Below are positions 33,862 through 45,107 of a DNA stretch of 64,000 nucleotides, in pieces. This DNA comes from Mobula hypostoma (taxonomy: Eukaryota). Within the stretch, counting starts at the first letter, position 1. The number at the start of each line of letters is the position of its first letter. The stretch is from the NCBI RefSeq assembly GCF_963921235.1, contig NC_086097.1, positions 220,350,001 to 220,414,000 on the forward strand, written 5' to 3'. The notes beneath the pieces were generated by a model. The model ran no database searches, had not been told where the DNA came from, and worked only from the letters and a program-made list of their open reading frames with translations. Made by a program: the position numbers and the translations under genes.

Positions 33862-34060
33862 AAACACACGAAAATCTGCAGATGCTGGAAATTCAAGCAG
33901 CACACACAAAATGCTGGTGGAACGCAGCAGGCCAGGCAGCAGCTACAGGAAGAAGTACAGCCGATGTTTTGGGTCCTGACGAAGGGTCCCAGCCCGAAAC
34001 GTCGACGGTACTTCTTCCTATAGATGCTGCCTGGCCTGTTGCGTTCCACCAGAATTTTGT
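33862..34060. mobile_element. Penelope pLTR fold-back inserted in a Tc1 terminal repeat
   Basis: 16-bp TSD gtggatttaattt(g/a)gc at 33846-33861 and 34061-34076. The uninterrupted site is seen in the second Tc1 at 49741. Confidence 0.88.
33973..34006 (+). ncRNA. Minimal hammerhead ribozyme motif (intact core)
   Basis: gtc CTGACGA a ggg tcccag ccc GAAA c GTC gac. Confidence 0.7.
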
Positions 34061-37000
34061 GTGGATTTAATTTAGCTTTTTTGACACTGATCAACTGAAA
34101 AAGACTTGTGTGTCAAAGTGAAAACAGATCTCTACAGTGTTCTAAATTAATTACAAATATAAAACACAAAATAATTGATTGCATAAGTATTCAACACCAC
34201 CCCTTTTAATATGACACACCAAATCATCAATGGTGCAGCCAACTGGTTTTAGAAGTCACATAGTTAGTTAAATGGAGATCTGTTTTTGGACCTGTGTGCA
34301 GTCAAGGTGTTTCAATTGATTGCAGTAAAAATATACTTGTATCTGGAAGATCCAACTGCTGGTGAGTCAGTATCCCGGCAAAAATGACTTCGTAAAGACA
34401 AAATAACATTCCAAGCAACTCTGCGAAAAGGTCATTGAAAAGCACAAGTCAGGAGATGGATGCAAGAAAATTTTGAAGTCACTGAATATCCCTTGAAATA
34501 TAGTTAAGTAATCATCAAGAAATGGAAAGAATACAGCACTGCTATAAATCTGCGTAGAGCAGGCCATCCTCAAAAACTGAGTGTGCAAGAAGGGGACTAG
34601 TGAGGGAGGTCACCAGGAGACCTATGACAACTCTGGTGGAGCTACAAGTTTCAGTGGCTGAGATGGGAGAGACTGTGCATACAACTGTTGCCCAGGTGCT
34701 TCACCAGACACAGCTTTATGTGAATGGCAAATTCCCCCTACTGTTGGGGGGAAAAAAAAACTCACATGAAATCTCATCTAGAGTTTGCCAGAAGGCTTGT
34801 AGGAGTCAGCTGGAAGAAGGTTCAATGGTCTGATGAAACCAAAATTGAGCTTTTTGGCCATCAGCCAGACACCACACATCATCAAAAGCACACCATCCCT
34901 ACCGTGAAGCATGGTGGTGGCTGCATCGTGCTGTGGGGATGCTTCACTGCAGTCGGCCCTGGAAGGCTCGTGAAGCTAGAGGAAAAAATGAATGCAGGGG
35001 GAAGAGATACTTTTTATAGGCACTATATAAAGTGAAAGAAAAAGATGCAGATTGCTTATGAGAAAAACCTGTTTTACATAGTGAATAGCTATAATTAGGA
35101 ACTCACTGGCTTAAGGACTACAGAAAACATTATATTAGTCTTTCAAAAGGGAACTGCAGTGACATTTGAGATAAATGAATTTACAGAGCTGTAGAGATGC
35201 AGCAAGGAAATGGGATTGTTCTGTACAAATTACTGACATGGATTGGATGTGCTGAATCAAGTCAAGTCACTTTTTATTGTCATTTTGACAGTAACTGCTG
35301 ATATAGTACGCAGTAAAAACGAGACAATGATTTCAGGACTATGGTGCTACATGAAACAATACAAAAACTACACTCTACTACATAAGAAAAAACAGAAAAA
35401 CTACACTAGACTACAGACCTACCCAGGACTACATAAAGTACACAGAACAGTGCAGGCATTACAATAAATGATAAACAAGACAATAGACAGTGGAGGGCAG
35501 TAGGTTGGTAGTCTGATGGCTTGGCGGGAAAAGCTGTTACATAAATAAACAGCTGAATGGCGGCGACTGGGATCAGGTATGAGGGGAATGGCCTCTCCCC
35601 TCACCCCAATCTGCTGTTTTCCATTTCCATTCCTTATTTCACCCGAATATGAATTAGCAGTAGACCATCAGCACCTTGACCCTTGACCCTGCTCTGCCAA
35701 TTAATGTCATGGTAGATCTGGTTGTATTCTCAATTCCACATTCCTGTTTACTCATAACTGTTCAACCCTTTGCTCATCAAGTACCTGTCTCTATATTAAG
35801 AATATTCAAAAATTCTGTTTCTGCTGCTTTTGAGGAAGAAGGTGCAAAGACTTAGAACCTCAGAGAAAAACATTTTTCTTGGAGGATATTTGCCTCCTTT
35901 CTGTCTTGAGTGAGCCAACCCCTTTACTTTTAAAGTGTGACTTCTGGTTCCGGAATCTTCTACAAGAGCAAACACTGTCTCCGCATCCATCCTGTCATTG
36001 AGATCCTATATGCGTTAATCACTATGGATAAATGCCTAGTGTGTCCAAACTTTCCTTGCAAGTTAATTTCTTAACATATTTGTTTTTACATTCTTATTAG
36101 CTTTCCCATTTTAGAATCAGTGCAATAAACATGTAGTTGTCTTTTTTTTGTCATTTCTATCCATATTCTCTGTGTTAAACATCTTCTCTCAGAAATCTCT
36201 TGATTTTTGCCCTTAGAAAGAAAATCAGATATAGCAGATTTTCTAGTACTTTTTCTCAAAGCATTTCCTCAGAGACTGTGATATTCCTGCAATGGAATCG
36301 TTTGAAAATAACTTCCAATTATATAGCACCTTTAACATAGCCAAAATATCCAATGGCATTGCATTATCAAACTCAGAAAAAAATAGGCACATTAGCAGAT
36401 ATTAGGACAAAGATCCAAAAATATTGTTTGAAGAAGGGCGCCTTAAAAGGAAGAAAAGAGCAGAGAATGTATCAATTCAATATGATGACTCAAAAAGGCA
36501 GCATCCATCATGAAGCACCGTCACCACCCAGGGCATGCCCTCTTCTCATTGCTACCATCGTGGAGGAGGTACAGGGGCCTGAAGATACACGTTCACCATT
36601 TTAGGAACAACTTCTACCCCTCCACTATCAGATTTCTGAACAGACAATGAACCCATGAACACTAACAATTCCTGTCCTAATGTGTGAACTTGGAGAGAGT
36701 AGCTATCAGAGCCAAATAGCTTATCACAGATTTGAGAGGTGATTTGATAGTAGTGTATAAGATGATAAGAGGCTTTGATAACGTGGGTAGCCAATACCTT
36801 TTTACCAGGGCGGAAATCCCTAACACACAAGGGCATAATTTCAAGGTATTTAAAGGAAAATATTGAGGGGTGGGGGAGAATGTCAGCAGTAGGATTCTTT
36901 TGTCGTTACAGAAAATGGTACAGTGTGCATAGAATGTGCTGCCAGGGTTGGTAGTAGAGGCAGATACATGAGGGACATTTAAGAGATGTTTAGTTAGGCA

Positions 37001-38288
37001 CATGGAGGACTATGTAGGAGGATTAATTTTGTCTTCAGCTAGGTTAAAAGATAGGCACAACATCTTGTGCCGAAAGGTCTGCACTGTGCTGTACCACTCT
37101 ATCATCTATCACCTCATGAATAACAACATGAATGACCCCATTCACGTGCTTCCTACAGAGAATATCACAAAGCATTCAAGTGAGATAAAAATTAGAGAGG
37201 ACACTAAAATTAGAGGGGGCCCATAACACTTAAACACAAGCAGATTGGATTGCCAATATGAAAACAGGGATTGCACTTTAGCCCTGAATCTTCAACCCCA
37301 ATTGACAGGAGATGCTCAAGTTTATTACAGATGGTTTACAGAAGACAGTTCACCCAAAGGGTGAAGAGTGTACCCTCATAATCATTCATTTGCTGGATCA
37401 TCTCTTCAACTAAGCCAGTGAGAATAGTGACAGAGTTCGTGGTCGCAATTGCAGGAGCTGATCTGTCTGCCCCCCTTGTGATGAGGAAGGGGCTTTATTT
37501 TCCAGGGAATCCAGGTTGAGATTTGTGGTGGAAAATGTTGAGGTCTTTTGGATGTAAATGGAACCCTTGGAAGCAGTGCAAATTTGGCTTTCTTGTGGTT
37601 GTCATTTTACATATTTTATAGGGACGAAGTAAATTGTTTTGGAAATTTAAAAAAAAGTATGATGATTCCTTTGGTGAAAAATTGAGAACTTTGAGGTCAT
37701 CTTAACCGTTCCTCATGCTTATTCTTTCATTCTGTTAGTTATATATATATTCTCCCCTCCTCCATCAACGTCTAAATGGGTGGGTACAACCTGTTTTATC
37801 CAGAGGATGTCACATTGAAAATCTGAGTCATTTCCTCCAAAGCTCACGTGAGGGCATGAGTTCTAAACTTCCTAAGCTCTCCTTGTCACTGTCATTCTGA
37901 CCGTGTTGCAATTTGAGACTTGTCAAGGAGTCCACTGGCACATCACAACCTTCCTGCTGATTCTTTGCTTTCACACTGGGAAACCTGGGCATTATATTGT
38001 CTGCTCTGGGGCTAGCTTAGCAACTCTATTCATCTCGACAGAGAAGTGCAGCTCCAATGGATATGGGCAAGCTTTATCTAATTTACAATTTTTCATTGGT
38101 TAAAATATGTAGTTGTTAAAAGTTTGATTTATCTGCTTTCTAAAAAGTGCTTATTCCTAACTTAAATATTTATCTTTAACTTCTTTAAGTAGTCTGATTT
38201 ATTTTAATGCCTCAGAGATATTCACAGATGCCTAAAGCTTTGTTCAGTAAAAGATCAGTCCCTTTAAATTGCATGTCCCATTTCCAAA

Positions 38289-38663
38289 TTCCCATTCCTT
38301 CTCTCTGTTTCTCTCTCTCCATTTTCTCCCTCTGACTATACCCCTTGCCCATCCTCTGGGTTCCCCCCCCCCCTTCCTTCTCCCTGGGCCTCCTGTCCCA
38401 TGATCCTCTCTTATCCCTTTTGCCAATCACCTGTCCAGCTCTTGGCTCCATCCCTCCCCCTCCTGTCTTCTCCTATCATTTTGGATCTCCCCCTCCCACT
38501 TTCAAATCTCTTACTAGCTCTTCCTTCAGTTAGTCCTGACGAAGGGTCTCAGCCTGAAATGTCGACTGTACTTCTTCCTAGAGATGCTGCCTGGCCTGCT
38601 GCGTTCACCAGCAACTTTGATGTGTGTTGCTTGAATTTCCGGCATCTGCAGAATTCCTCGTGT
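38289..38663 (+). mobile_element. Penelope 3' tail/pLTR
   Basis: Near-identical to 30930-31306. 13-bp TSD tcccatttccaaa at 38276-38288 and 38664-38676. Confidence 0.88.
38531..38568 (+). ncRNA. Minimal hammerhead ribozyme motif (stem III palindrome decayed)
   Basis: tagtc CTGACGA agg gtctcag cct GAAA t GTC gactg. Confidence 0.55.
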
Positions 38664-39480
38664 TCCCATTTCCAAAACTGCTTTTACAGCCAGCAAGTCC
38701 GGGGTGCAGTTTAATCAGCTGTCAAAGCATTCCTGACCCTAGATTTCCACTGTACAGAGCCCTGTCAATGGGGAGTCGACTTTGGAGACCAATCAGCTGC
38801 TGAGGGTGGATACAGTGGGTGAGCAGCGTGTCATTCACAGAAGTGGACTGCACTGAATAATCCCACAGAATGAATATTAATCTGTGGTATGAGGATGCCA
38901 ATTGGAAGATTACTGTTTATTGCCCTTCAGCAAATACCACAGGGATGGTGATGGCGATGAGAAACCTTTTGGAACCACTGCAGTCCTTGTGAGAACATAC
39001 TCCCGACATTGTTGGGAACAGACATCCAGAATTTGTATTTAGCCAGTTTTAATGAATAACAAAACATTTTCAAATCAGACAAATATGTCTTCAAGGGAAG
39101 GGATTTCCCCTTTAAGTGTTTGTGCTGGATGGCATGGGTGAGGAATTTGTTGGAAAATAGATCAGGGGCACAACTGCAGTGCATTAACTGTAGCCACTGT
39201 GCACCAGCGGCAGAAGGAATGAATGTTTAGAGTGTGAATGGATTGTAAATCAAGCAGGCTGCCTTGACCTGGATAGCGTTGATCTTAAGTGTTGGAGAGT
39301 GGTATTCATCCAGACAAGCGGAGAGCAAACCATCGCACTCCTGACTTGCAGAGGATGGAAAGACTTTGGATGGTCAGGTGGTGAGGATACCTGACATCTG
39401 ATCGGTTAGTACAGCCACAACACTATTTGCCCACAAATTTTTGAACTCCAGGAAGCTGATTTAGCTGTGTTATGCAGGAA

Positions 39481-39671
39481 ACACACAAAAGTTGCTGGTG
39501 AAAGCAGCAGACCAGGTAGCATCTATTGGAAGAGGTACAGTTGACATTTCGGGCCGAGACGAAGGGTCTCGGCCCAAAACATCGACTGTACCTCTTCCAA
39601 TAGATGCTGCCTGGCCTGCTGCGTTCACTAGCAACTTTTATGTGTGTTGCTTGAAATTCCTCGTGTTTGCA
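39481..39671. mobile_element. Penelope pLTR fold-back
   Basis: Inverted arms meet near 39557. 13-bp TSD tgttatgcaggaa at 39468-39480 and 39672-39684. Confidence 0.88.
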
Positions 39672-40859
39672 TGTTATGCAGGAAGCTGGTTTAAACAGTA
39701 ACGATATCATTGAATGTCATGGATAGAGGGTTAGGTTCTAATTTGCAGAACCTAGTCATTACCTGACACTTGTGGTTTGAATGTCACAATATTTATGAAT
39801 TGATGCCCAGATATTATCTAGATCTTCCCATGTACAGGTATGTAAGAGGGCAAACAGAATTGAATATTGTACAGTAAGTGAACATCCCCTCTTTTGACCT
39901 AGAAGAGAGGCATTGGTGAAGATGATTGGGCCTAGAACACCATACTATAGATCTCCTACAGTGATATCCTGGATGAGGTGAGTACCCACAAATAATCAGA
40001 AATATTCTTTGCACAAGACGCAACTCAAGCGAGGGTTCTTCTTCATAGAGTCCTAGAACACTACGGCACAGAAACAGTCTCTTCTCCCATCTACTCCGTG
40101 CCAAACCATTAATCTTCCTAGTCCCATTCACTAACACCCAGACCATAACCCTCCGTGTACCTATCAAATTTCTTTTCAATGTTGAACTTGTGGCACAAAT
40201 CAGTAAAAAGAGGTATGATTTAGTGGCCATAACAGAAACATGGTTGCAGGGTGGAGAGGATTCGGAATTAAATATCCGAGGATATCAGGTAATATGGAAG
40301 AATAGGCAGGAAGGTAAGGGAGGTGGGGTAGCACTCGTAAGTAAAGATGAGATCTGGGCGAGAGTGAGAGACAATATCAAATCTAAGGTGCATCTGGTTA
40401 TAGATTAGGAATAGTAAAGGGAAAAATCACTAGTGGGAGTTGTCTATCAGCCTCCGAGTAATAACATTACAGTGGCACAGGTAATAAACAAACATCTGAG
40501 GCATGTAAGAATGGAACAGCAGTTATCGTGGGGGACTTTAACTTGCACATAGATTGAGTGAATCAAGTTGGTGGAGGCAGTCTTGAGGAGGACTTCATAG
40601 AATGTATCCGTGATAGCTTTCTTGAACAGCATGTTACTGAACTTACAAGGGAATATGCTATCTTTAATCTGGTCCTTTGCAATGAGACAGGTAAAATTAG
40701 TGACCTTGTAGTTAGGGATCCTCTTGGAAAGAGTGATCACAATATGATTGAGGGTGCAATAGTCCTGAAACCAGTGTATTATGCCTAAACAATGGAGACT
40801 ACAATAGGATGAGGGAGGATTTGGCTAGTGTAGACTGGGAGCACAGGTTATATGGTGGG

Positions 40860-40927
40860 ACACAAGGAATTCTGCAGATACTGGAAATTCAAGCAACACA
40901 CATCAAAGCAATTTTGATGTGTGTTGT
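40860..40927. mobile_element. Minimal Penelope pLTR-end fold-back (68 bp)
   Basis: caacacacatcaaa-gcaat-tttgatgtgtgttg hairpin. 12-bp TSD ttatatggtggg at 40848-40859 and 40928-40939. Confidence 0.8.
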
Positions 40928-41698
40928 TTATATGGTGGGTCAGTTGAGGAACAGTAGAAGATTTTCAAAGAGATTTTTCATGGGTGCTCAACCAAAGTAT
41001 ATTCCAGTTAAAAGCAAGGAGAGTAAGTGTGGGGAGATCCAGCCTTGGATAACTAAGAAAATAAAAGAAGGCATCAAACTAAAAGCTTGAGCATGCAAAG
41101 TTGCCAAGTGTAGTGGGAAACTGGAAGGTTGGGAAAACTTTAAGAAGTAACAAGGTACCACTAAGTGAGCAATAAAGAAAGGGAGGATAGATTATGAAAA
41201 TAAACTAGCACAAAATATAAAAACAGATAGTAAAATGTTTTATAATTACATAAAGTGGAAGAGGGTGGCTAAAGTGACTGTAGGTCCCTTGGAGGACAAG
41301 AAGGGGGAATTGATATTGGGTTATGAGGGAATGGCCAAGGCTTTGAATGACTACTTTGTGTCGGTCTTCACTGTGGAGGACACATCTAACATGCCAAAGA
41401 GAGATGTTATGGATGCGATGGGAGGTAAGGACCTCAATACAATAGCTATTACTAAAGAGGTAGTGCTGAACAAACTTGTGGGCCTAAAGATAGACAATTC
41501 CCCTAATCTCGATGAAATGCATTCTAGGGTACTGAAAGAAATTGCAGAAGTTATGGTGGAGGCTTTGGTGACAATTTACCAAAATGTTCTGGACTTTGGG
41601 CAGGTCCCGGCAGATTGGAAGATAGCTAATGTCACACCACTGCTCAAAAAAGGATGTAGGCAGAAGGCAGGTAACTACAGGCCAGTTAGTTTAATGTG

Positions 41699-42224
41699 TG
41701 TTCCTCTCGCTTCGGCTAGTGACTTAATCTAGGGGATGATAACCCCAGCCCAGCCAAGCTTGAGAAATCTTGTTTATGTGGATGCTGCGTTATGTGTCCC
41801 CTGTTACAAATCAGTACCATGAAATAACAAACAGTACACAATGTATGATTAAACGACTGAGCTTTATAATTCATAATTTTACTATTTGGTTCGTAAAGAA
41901 ACAAAACAAAGGGCCCATTCTCATGAAACAGTCCAGTGCACAACGTTGGAGCTTACTGTTCAATCTACTGGTTTCCCGTCGAACTCCTCTGAGCGTAGCC
42001 GACCCTTGGACCCTCGCTCCAAGCCCACTGCACCCGGCAGTCTACCAACTCTCTCCATTTGCGTCTTCTCTCTTCATCTCTCCCTAGCACAAGACCGCGC
42101 AATCCCTTCTCCCAGACCCACAACTTCCCTCATTCCAAGGCCCCGTTATCTCTGGTCATAACCCAAACATCGCTACAGAGAAACCAGTACATTAGCAGTG
42201 AAACCTCACAGTGCGTGCGTTACA
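41699..42224 (-). mobile_element. Solo LTR, probably Gypsy-type (526 bp)
   Basis: TG...CA ends (TGTAAC on the minus strand), 4-bp TSD tgtg/cgtg, clean interruption of CR1 coding sequence. Confidence 0.7.
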
Positions 42225-42573
42225 CGTGTAGTTGAGATAATGCTTGAAGTTACCATTAAAGAAGAAATAGCAAGGCATCTGGAAAGAAATAGATCCACGA
42301 AGCAAACACAGCATGGATTCAGCAAAGGTAGATCTGTTTTACAAACTTACTCGAGTTCTTTGAGGATATAATGAGTGCAGTGGGTAGAGGGGAACAGATG
42401 GGTGTTATTTACTTGAATTTCCAGAAGATGTTCGATAAGGTGCTGCATAAAAGACTTATCCATAAGATAAGGATGCATAGAGTTGGGAGTGATGTATTTG
42501 CACGGATAGAGGATTGGTTAACTAATAGAAAGCAGAAAGTTGGGATACATAGGTATTGCTCTGGTTGGCAGTC

Positions 42574-42865
42574 GTGTGGCGCATGGCCAAGTGGTTAGGT
42601 CATTGGACTAGTGATCTGAAGGTCGTGGGTTCAAGCCTTGGCCGAGGCAGCGTTTGTGTCCTTGAGCAAGGCACTTAACCACACAATGCTCCAGTCCACC
42701 CAGCTGAAAATGGGTACCGGCAAAAATGCTGGGGGTTAACCTCGTGATAGACTGGCGTCCTATCCAGGGGGGAGTCTCATACTCTCAGTCGCTTCACGTC
42801 ATGGAAACCGGCATAAGCACCGGCCTGATGGGCCACAAGGCTCATGACAGACTTTAATCTTTAAT
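42574..42865 (+). mobile_element. tRNA-derived SINE inside a CR1
   Basis: A box tggccaagtgg, B box ggttcaagcc, (ctttaat)2 tail. TSD ctggttggca(g/a)tc at 42561-42573 and 42866-42878. Confidence 0.85.
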
Positions 42866-43802
42866 CTGGTTGGCAATCAGTGAGCGGTGCTGTTCACGAT
42901 GTACATTAATCTGGAAGAGGGGACCAAGTTTAGTGTATCTAAGTTTGTTGATGACGCTAAATTCAGTGGAAAAGCAAATTGTGCCGAAGATACGGAGTGT
43001 CTGCAGAGTGATATAGGTGGGTTAAGTGAGTGGGCAAGGGTCTGGCAGATAGAGCAGTGGTGGCGCTGAGGTGGTGCTTGCTGGTGCTATAGCACCAGCA
43101 GAAATTACAATAGCATCACCAAGAAATTAACTGAAATTTGACATACAAATTGCAGCTGCTTTCTCTGTATAGTTTTGAATACAGTTTATTTTTCCAGTTG
43201 ATCTAGTGAAACAGTGCCCCCAATTACCATAGCACCCTCGCAGCAATAAAGTTATAAACTCTGTGCTGATCTAAGGTCAGATCCACTCTACATTTCTGCT
43301 TATTCGTTCATTGTCAATGTCTTGCCATTGCTGTCCTCACTCAGATCAGTTAAGCTGATCTAAGATCACTTGAGGTGGTAATGTCACTCACTCTCACTCA
43401 CGCGAGAGATTGATAGTATATGTACATTGTGCAGGATCCAGGCGCAGATCCATGGTCTCGTGAGACTAACGAATGCCACACACACACATTGTGCTTTTAC
43501 AAGCTAGCGTGGGCCTGGCACATGCATTATTTTGGCCGGCGTGGAAAATCGGATTGATTTTTAGTGAGAAAACAACCTCATCCAGAGGAATCAGTGGTGC
43601 CTGAGCCTGTCTTAATTGAAAGTGCCATGCAGAAAGGAGTAAGTGGGGATGAGGACGACAGCAGTTCATCGAAGGAGTGTGAGGGCGAAGTAGAGGAGCA
43701 AGAAATGGAGCGGGATTTGGAAGAGAACGTGGATGAAGCTGCTGTTAGTGCTAGTGGGAGTGCTGTTAGCGATGTTAGCCAGCAGCCTGAGTGAGGACCC
43801 CA

Positions 43803-45107
43803 AACACAAAATAATCTGCAGATGCTGGGGTCAAAGCAACACTCACAACACACTGGAGGAACTCAGCAGGTCAGGCAGCATCCGTGGAAAAGATCAGTTG
43901 ATGTTTCGGGCCAGAACCCTTCGTCAGGACTCTAGAGGGAAGGCAGCCCTATAAAGAAGGTGGGGAGGAGGGTGGGAAGGAGAAGGCTGGTAGGTTCCAG
44001 GTGAAAAACCGGTAAGGGGAAAGATAAAGGGGTGGGGGAGGGGAAGCAGGGAGGTGATGGGCAGGAAAGGTGAAGAAGGGTTAGGGGAAAACACAATTGG
44101 TAGTAGAAGGAGGCAGAACCATGAGGGAGGTAGTAGGCAGCTGGGGGAGGGGGCAGAGTGACATAGGGATAGGGGAAGGGAATTACCAGAAGTTGGAGAA
44201 TTCCATGTTCATACCGAGGGGCTGGAGACTACCTATATATGAGGTATATGAGGTGTGGCTCCTCCAACCTGAGTTTGGCCTCATCATGGCAGTAGAGGAG
44301 GCCATGTATGGACATATCTGGATGGGAGTGGGAAGCAGAGTTGAAGTGGGTGGCTACTGGGAGATCCTGTCTGTTGTGGCGGATGGAGCGGAGGTGTTCG
44401 ACGAAGCGGTCCCCCAATCTGCGTTGGGTTTCACCGATGTAGAAGAGGCCGCACCGGGAGCACCGGATGCAATAGATGACCCCAACAGACTCACAAGTGA
44501 AGTGTTGCCTCACTTGGAAGGACTGTTTGGGGCCCTGAATGGTGGCAGGAGAGGAGGTGTAGGGACAGGTGTAGCACTTACACTTACAGGGATAAGTGCC
44601 AGGTGGGAGATCCGTGGAGAAGGACATGTGGACCAGGGAGTCGTGGAGGGACCGATCCCTGCGGAAAGCGGAGAGGGGTGGTGAGGGAAAGATGTGCTTA
44701 GTGGTGGGGTCCTGTTGAAGGTGGCGGAAGTTGCGGAGGATAATGTGCTGGATCCGGAGGCTGGTGGGGTGGTAGGTGAGGACAAGGGGAACTCTGTCCC
44801 TGTTGTGGTGGTGGGAGGATGGGGTGAGGGCCGAAGTGCGGGAAATGGAGGAGATGCGGATGAGGGCATCATTGATGACAGCAGAAGGGAAACCACGATC
44901 CTTAAAGAAAGAGGACATTTGAGATGTCCTGGAACAGAAAACCTCATCCTCGGAGCAAATGTGGCGGAGACGGAGGAACTGGGAATAGGGAATGGCATTT
45001 TTGCATGTGGCGGGGTAGGAAGAGGTATAGTTGAGGTAGTTATGAGAGTCAGTGGGCTTGTAGAAGATGTCAGTGGACAGTCTGTCTCTAGAGATGGAGA
45101 CAGAGGA
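43803..45107 (-). mobile_element. 5'-truncated Penelope-like retroelement: RT C-terminus, GIY-YIG endonuclease and pLTR tail with hammerhead motif
   Basis: ORF 44229..45158 has TDIFYKPTDSHNYL, IPYSQFLRLRHICS, GVIYCIRCSRCGLFYIGETQRRLGDRFVEH and VATHFN. TSD aggacccca at 43794-43802 and 45108-45116. Confidence 0.93.
43895..43932 (-). ncRNA. Minimal type I hammerhead ribozyme motif in the Penelope tail
   Basis: Minus strand reads gagtc CTGACGA aggg ttctgg ccc GAAA c ATC aactg: core boxes, stem II and an NUH triplet. Confidence 0.65.

Larger units (their letters stand above)
33765..35025 (+). mobile_element. Tc1 transposon, internally deleted
   Basis: TIR tagtgcctataaaaagtat / atactttttataggcacta with flanking TA. 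WSDETKIELFG and PTVKHGGGCIVLWGCF in ORF 34724..35035. Confidence 0.92.

Noticed and set aside
42574..42650. tRNA gene
   Set aside because: A and B boxes are present, but the sequence continues into a SINE body with tail and TSD, and no convincing acceptor stem is visible.
42803..42845. gaaaccgg...ccggcctgatgggcc as a permuted hammerhead
   Set aside because: No room for stem I or an NUH site, and CTGATGG lacks the conserved A.
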